From positions 1 through 38,736 of IMG/VR virus record IMGVR_UViG_3300020045_013430: a DNA stretch of 38,736 bases, one strand, 5' to 3'. The first letter of the stretch is position 1. Each line of letters opens with the position of its first letter. Positions 34,813 to 38,736 of the stretch are shown here, piece after piece. The translations under genes were made by a program, and so were the position numbers. The notes below the pieces were generated by a model. It was given only the letters and a program-made list of their open reading frames with translations. It did no database searches and was not told the DNA's origin. Source of the DNA: a virus. Taxonomy: Duplodnaviria; Caudoviricetes.

Positions 34813-35030
34813 GTACAAAGCCTCTACAGTGTAACATCAGCACTACCGAACTTATCCGCATGTACGGATACGAGCCGTACAAGCATACCACCATAGCAAA
34901 GTACTGGGATAGTCTCACCAGCCCCTGGAGCATGGTACACTCATACGAGTTGGGAGAGTTGAGACAGTTAATGCTCCGTATCCATCTCGACGTAGACCCA
35001 ACAGACTCTCGCTGGCAGGAACCCTTGTGA
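34806..35030 (+). CDS. hypothetical protein
   Basis: Probable start at MVSTK; GTGA overlap at the 3' end. Confidence 0.5.
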   Translation: MVSTKPLQCNISTTELIRMYGYEPYKHTTIAKYWDSLTSPWSMVHSYELGELRQLMLRIHLDVDPTDSRWQEPL

Positions 35031-35212
35031 GCTGTGTCTGCTGCCATTTCCCACTCGCTCCTCCACAGCGACTGTGCGATGTGTGTTATGATGAGAGGAT
35101 AAGTCATGTACTGTCCATGACTTGCCCCTACTGTTTCAGCCCACTTGTCCGCTACATCACAACACTAGCTGAGTGGGTCTGTATAGAATGTCAGGAAGCG
35201 TGGCCGGACTAG
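35027..35212 (+). CDS. double zinc-ribbon protein
   Basis: Four CxxC pairs in 61 aa. Confidence 0.6.
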   Translation: MSCVCCHFPLAPPQRLCDVCYDERISHVLSMTCPYCFSPLVRYITTLAEWVCIECQEAWPD

Positions 35213-35214
35213 CT

Positions 35215-35619
35215 ATGCACCAAACAGTTGAGATTGAAGGAGCGGCCCATCTCACAGGTGTCTCTCGCTATATCGAGTATCAGGACAAACTCATAATTAT
35301 CACTGGCTACCTTGCCTGTCCAGATTGTAACACAATCCTCTCACCGTCCTACTCATCAGACGAGTGGGTGTGTCCAGACTGTCAGACAAGGTGGACAATC
35401 GGAGACTTACTTGCTGCCATGCAGTTAACAAATCTAGTGGCAGAAACAGGAGCACATGACAAGATTATCAGATATCAGAAAGCAAATAGCAAAGCAACGA
35501 GGCGTCGAGTTCAAGAAGTTGTCCCGCAAGCTTGTCCCAATCGCAGAGACCGACGCCATCTTTGCCAAGTCCAGTCTTATGCGGATGCTAGAGTTCAAGC
35601 ACAAGAGCCCTATCGATAA
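35215..35619 (+). CDS. zinc-ribbon protein
   Basis: CPDC…WVCPDC; the 3' part overlaps the next gene by ~160 nt. Confidence 0.5.
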   Translation: MHQTVEIEGAAHLTGVSRYIEYQDKLIIITGYLACPDCNTILSPSYSSDEWVCPDCQTRWTIGDLLAAMQLTNLVAETGAHDKIIRYQKANSKATRRRVQEVVPQACPNRRDRRHLCQVQSYADARVQAQEPYR

Positions 35620-35785
35620 GCTGATTGAGAAGGGCACTATATACGAGGTCGGCAAACAGCTCAGCATCAGTCCGTCAACAGTCTCAAAGTGGCGACAGCT
35701 CATCTATGTCGCCAAGAACAGCGCCTTCTTCGACACGTTCCAGCCAGACCAAATAGAAAAGAAAGAGGAGACAAGTGGAAACTAA
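35456..35785 (+). CDS. HTH DNA-binding protein
   Basis: TIYEVGKQLSISPSTVSKWR; AGGAG RBS. Confidence 0.75.
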   Translation: MTRLSDIRKQIAKQRGVEFKKLSRKLVPIAETDAIFAKSSLMRMLEFKHKSPIDKLIEKGTIYEVGKQLSISPSTVSKWRQLIYVAKNSAFFDTFQPDQIEKKEETSGN

Positions 35786-36101
35786 CTTCAACAAGACCTT
35801 CAATTCCTGCCCCAACTGCGGCTCAGACTTCCAGTTCTTTAACGAGCTGGGAAAGGAGTTGACTGAGCGAAAGCTTGCCCGACCAGAGTGGAACATGAGG
35901 TATGAGATGAGACAGGGTGTAGTTGCTGACCCTGCCAAAGTTGAGCTGCTTCCTCCTGGTACTCCACTCCCAGCCTTCCACATCACCCTAGATGTGTGCG
36001 GAGATTGCGGAACAGTATACGCAGTCGCCCTCGCTCGACTCCAAGGAAAGAAGACCCTCGCTACACCGCCACCTAACAATCCAAAGCTATTCCGCAATTA
36101 G
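35775..36101 (+). CDS. zinc-binding protein (CPNC…CGDC)
   Basis: GAGGAG RBS; GTG start. Confidence 0.7.
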   Translation: METNFNKTFNSCPNCGSDFQFFNELGKELTERKLARPEWNMRYEMRQGVVADPAKVELLPPGTPLPAFHITLDVCGDCGTVYAVALARLQGKKTLATPPPNNPKLFRN

Positions 36102-36133
36102 CACTAACCTATCCAGTTGAAAGGAAACAGCAC

Positions 36134-36970
36134 TTGTCCACAATTGACAACGAACACCAGTTACTCAGCTGGAAAGCTCCGTACAGAGCTGACGCCATCA
36201 TCGACAGCGGAATACTGCTGCCGGAAACTATTATGATGATGTTCGGAGCGGCTGGTACATGGAAGACTATGAACACACTCCATCTCGGATACTGTCTAGC
36301 GAGCGGCAAAGACTGGTTCGGCTACAAGACAACCAAGGCAACCGTTCTCGCACATCAGGTAGAGCTGCCGAAAGCTCTAATGCAGGACCGTTTCGCAAAG
36401 TACAAGCGCGGAAATAACTGCGCCTCACCAAACATCTTCTTCATGACACCTGATGATGAGGTACTACTAGATACTACTTATGGGATGGGAGAGCTCGTCA
36501 AGAACATTGAGGAGATGAAGCGACGCGCATCTGACCCAGCTCTCCCTCTCGTCATAATACTTGACCCACTTATGCTCTACACCGCAGGCCACATATCAGA
36601 CGAGTACGAGGTGAAGAAATTCCAGCGCAGCATCAATGCTATTCGTCACAAGTACCATGTCACTTTCATAATAATCCACCACGCTAGACTTACCCGCGTA
36701 GACAATGCAGGGCATGTAGTGGACCTGGGCGCGGAAGAAATAATGGGAAGTAGCTACTGGAACAACTGGCTAGACACTATCATTCGCATCAAGCTAGTCA
36801 ATCCATATACAGGTAGCGATACAGTCCAGATGAGTTTCGGCAAGACCCGCAACGCACAGTCTTTTCTCGCTTCATTCAAAGTCAAGTGGCACCGCGACAC
36901 GCTGATTCCTGAAGTTGTTGAGCGAGAGATTGTACCCGACGAAGAGCCCTCAGTACGTGGCCTAACATGA
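36134..36970 (+). CDS. RecA-family AAA ATPase / RepA-like SF4 helicase
   Basis: Walker A GAAGTWKT, Walker B IILDP, IIIHH, GSS, KTRN. Confidence 0.85.
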   Translation: MSTIDNEHQLLSWKAPYRADAIIDSGILLPETIMMMFGAAGTWKTMNTLHLGYCLASGKDWFGYKTTKATVLAHQVELPKALMQDRFAKYKRGNNCASPNIFFMTPDDEVLLDTTYGMGELVKNIEEMKRRASDPALPLVIILDPLMLYTAGHISDEYEVKKFQRSINAIRHKYHVTFIIIHHARLTRVDNAGHVVDLGAEEIMGSSYWNNWLDTIIRIKLVNPYTGSDTVQMSFGKTRNAQSFLASFKVKWHRDTLIPEVVEREIVPDEEPSVRGLT

Positions 36971-36996
36971 CCAGCAGTAAGGATGGTGTATGGTAA

Positions 36997-37042
36997 ATAT
37001 GGTATATAATAATAGTATTATACGCCATATTATTTACATTAT
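36997..37042. repeat. AT-rich regulatory element, diverged copy 3
   Basis: ATATGGTATATAATAATAGTATTATACGCCATATTATTTACATTAT; imperfect inverted repeat. Confidence 0.55.
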
Positions 37043-37057
37043 CTTCTCACACCTCTA

Positions 37058-37087
37058 TTGATTGTGAGGTTGCTGGCATGGTATAAT
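37058..37087 (+). promoter_or_regulatory. extended -10 sigma70 promoter of the recombination/replication operon
   Basis: TTGATT-N18-TATAAT with a TGn extension. Confidence 0.75.
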
Positions 37088-37189
37088 GGAGATATGTTGG
37101 AGAGGGAGGAACTAGATGGAGTGAAATAGTAGAGACAGATGATGCAGAAAGATACAGAGCGGCAAAATATAGTAGAAAAAGGAAAGAAC

Positions 37190-37876
37190 ATGACAACTAC
37201 AGCAGGCGACTTGGTATCAATAAGAGGACTGGTAGAGTCCGAGTTCGACAATCCACTGAAGAAATTCTCTGGTGTCTTTGCGGGCTATGTGACCGCACCG
37301 GCACAGGGCTATCAGGGAATCAGGGTTGACCTGAACTTCAAAGACCTGGACAACGTGGTAGCAACCTCGCCCTACAACTTCCCGACCGCTGTTATCAACA
37401 TCGGCCAGTCAAACAAGAACAAGAGCCGGTGGGGATACTTTGCCAACAGCATAGCGAAACTGCTGGGGCCGGATGAGGACTTGAAGGATTGTGTCGGTCG
37501 AAGAATGACAATGGTGTTCTGTGATGGGCAGGATGGACGGCCAGCACCTTTGCCAATCTGGAGCAAGAACGCTGATGTTGCGCAGTTTCCTGACAAGATG
37601 GTTCCGACTGTGGTCTGGATTGCCCTGGAAATAGAGGGCGGGGCAACTGTGGGTGCTGCCGGACAGACAGAGACTGCGGCTGAGTGGGCCGCGAAGAACC
37701 TGGTCGGCAAGACCAAGGCACAGTTCAACAAGTGGGCGTTTGCTGATGAGCGGGTCAGAAAAGACACGACACTGCAGCGGTCAATAACAGACAAGAGCTT
37801 CATTGCGGGCCTGGTGCTTGCGAAACAGGTGGAGGAAGACGAGAATGGAGTGTATCAGCTAGTCACTCCGTTCTAG
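37190..37876 (+). CDS. hypothetical protein; possible ssDNA-binding/annealing protein
   Basis: First long gene of the operon, ahead of the exonuclease and ATPase; beta-rich N-terminal domain; function inferred from position only. Confidence 0.5.
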   Translation: MTTTAGDLVSIRGLVESEFDNPLKKFSGVFAGYVTAPAQGYQGIRVDLNFKDLDNVVATSPYNFPTAVINIGQSNKNKSRWGYFANSIAKLLGPDEDLKDCVGRRMTMVFCDGQDGRPAPLPIWSKNADVAQFPDKMVPTVVWIALEIEGGATVGAAGQTETAAEWAAKNLVGKTKAQFNKWAFADERVRKDTTLQRSITDKSFIAGLVLAKQVEEDENGVYQLVTPF

Positions 37877-37905
37877 ACAGCAAACCAGCAAACTGAATTT
37901 AGTAG

Positions 37906-37979
37906 AGGATGGCTAGTGAAATGACGCCGCAACTTATGGCTACCCTTAAGCCAGCAAGACGTTCAGCACTAGCCATCCT
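37906..37979 (+). other. long interrupted intergenic hairpin
   Basis: 13-bp perfect outer stem AGGATGGCTAGTG/CACTAGCCATCCT with inner stems. Confidence 0.65.
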
Positions 37980-37993
37980 TGTGAGAGGCAAAG

Positions 37994-38674
37994 ATGAGAA
38001 GAGAACTTAATCCTGGTTTAGATAGAATGATACTAGACACACTGGACAGGAAGTACAGGCTGTCGGAGAAGCGAGTTGGGCTGCATTTGTCGTCACTGAT
38101 TGGGTGTCTGACAAAGGCTGGACTAGACCAGACCTCACCCATTGCACCAACTGATACAGAGTTGCTGCTGTTCTCGACAGGGTATGGACTGCAAGAGGCA
38201 ATGTTTCCGGTAGGGGAGAGTGAGCTGGCGTATGAGAAAGAGGGAATAGTGTACAGGCCAGACAGCTCGATACTAGTGAAAGGACAGCAGCAGCTAATCG
38301 AGGTCAAGTCGACAAGGGCAGGGGTAAAAAAGTATCAGGAAGGTGAGCTACCGGAGAGCTGGATTATATACATGAAGGGCGGCTGCTACATACGCGGATT
38401 GACCTCGTACAATCTGTCAGTTATCTATGTGGCAGAGCGACCAACAGCCAAAATCATTTCCGAGACGATTACCTTTGACCAGGATGAGCTGGACGACAAC
38501 TGGGCATTTGTGCTGAATAGGAAGGAACTGTATGAACATGCAATTGCTGCTCATACAATAGTCCCGCCCTACTCGACAGCACCTGACTGGATGTGCAAGA
38601 ACTGCAGATACAACTTTGTGTGTGAAGCGATAAGTATTATGGATAGAACAAGAGGAAGAAAAGATGATTGCTAG
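37994..38674 (+). CDS. Cas4-like PD-(D/E)xK exonuclease with a putative Fe-S Cys set
   Basis: HLSSLIGC, RPD, IEVKST, C-terminal CKNCRYNFVC. Confidence 0.85.
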   Translation: MRRELNPGLDRMILDTLDRKYRLSEKRVGLHLSSLIGCLTKAGLDQTSPIAPTDTELLLFSTGYGLQEAMFPVGESELAYEKEGIVYRPDSSILVKGQQQLIEVKSTRAGVKKYQEGELPESWIIYMKGGCYIRGLTSYNLSVIYVAERPTAKIISETITFDQDELDDNWAFVLNRKELYEHAIAAHTIVPPYSTAPDWMCKNCRYNFVCEAISIMDRTRGRKDDC

Positions 38675-38736
38675 TGCATGGGGAATAGAGGGTGGCGGAA
38701 AGAGCAGCTTCGGCCTATCCTTCCCGAAACCACTTT
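38664..38736 (+). CDS. P-loop AAA ATPase (Sak4/AAA_24-like), truncated by the window end
   Basis: MIASAWGIEGGGKSSFGLSFPKPL; Walker A followed by PKPL; GAGGA RBS. Confidence 0.7.
   Translation, partial: MIASAWGIEGGGKSSFGLSFPKPL

Noticed and set aside
37877-37990. tRNA or c-di-GMP riboswitch
   Set aside because: No cloverleaf or T-loop; the GCAAAC and GACG fragments lack the spacing and stems of the aptamer
37994-38674. Cas4-like gene as part of a CRISPR system
   Set aside because: No repeat-spacer array or other cas genes; solo Cas4-like nucleases next to Sak4-like ATPases are ordinary phage recombination genes
1-38736. Stop-codon reassignment
   Set aside because: Core genes are intact in code 11 and end in TAA, TAG and TGA, often with ATGA overlaps; the two in-frame stops noted are isolated
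1-38736. Complete circular genome or terminal repeat
   Set aside because: The window ends inside an ATPase gene and I saw no end overlap, so absences (primase, integrase, endolysin) are provisional

Overview
This window looks like most of a ~39 kb tailed dsDNA bacteriophage genome with a podovirus-like layout (no tape-measure, sheath or tube gene recognised). The minus-strand arm (27551 down to 3739) carries packaging and virion genes: small and large terminase, portal, a 2340-aa internal/ejection protein, scaffold, BPP-1/epsilon15-like major capsid, cement, tail fibre, tail protein, a holin cassette and an adaptor. The plus-strand arm (27718 to the end, apparently continuing at 1-3671) carries regulators, many small Cys-rich ORFs, an HD hydrolase, a dCTP deaminase/dUTPase, a RecA-like helicase, a Cas4-like nuclease, a truncated AAA ATPase, an XPF/ERCC4-like nuclease, an SPPY DNA methyltransferase and a family A polymerase. 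I recognised no integrase, primase, tRNA, CRISPR array or classical endolysin. Several proteins resemble, from memory only, those of Chloroflexota (Dehalococcoidia) prophages. Main leads: (1) ADP-ribosyltransferase-like and GNAT-like domains embedded in the giant ejection protein; (2) an HExxH metalloprotease in the endolysin slot; (3) a PolA with His at the steric-gate position; (4) a ~45-bp AT-rich element shared by three operon promoters; (5) strong GATC avoidance. All family calls come from motif recognition by eye; no searches were run.
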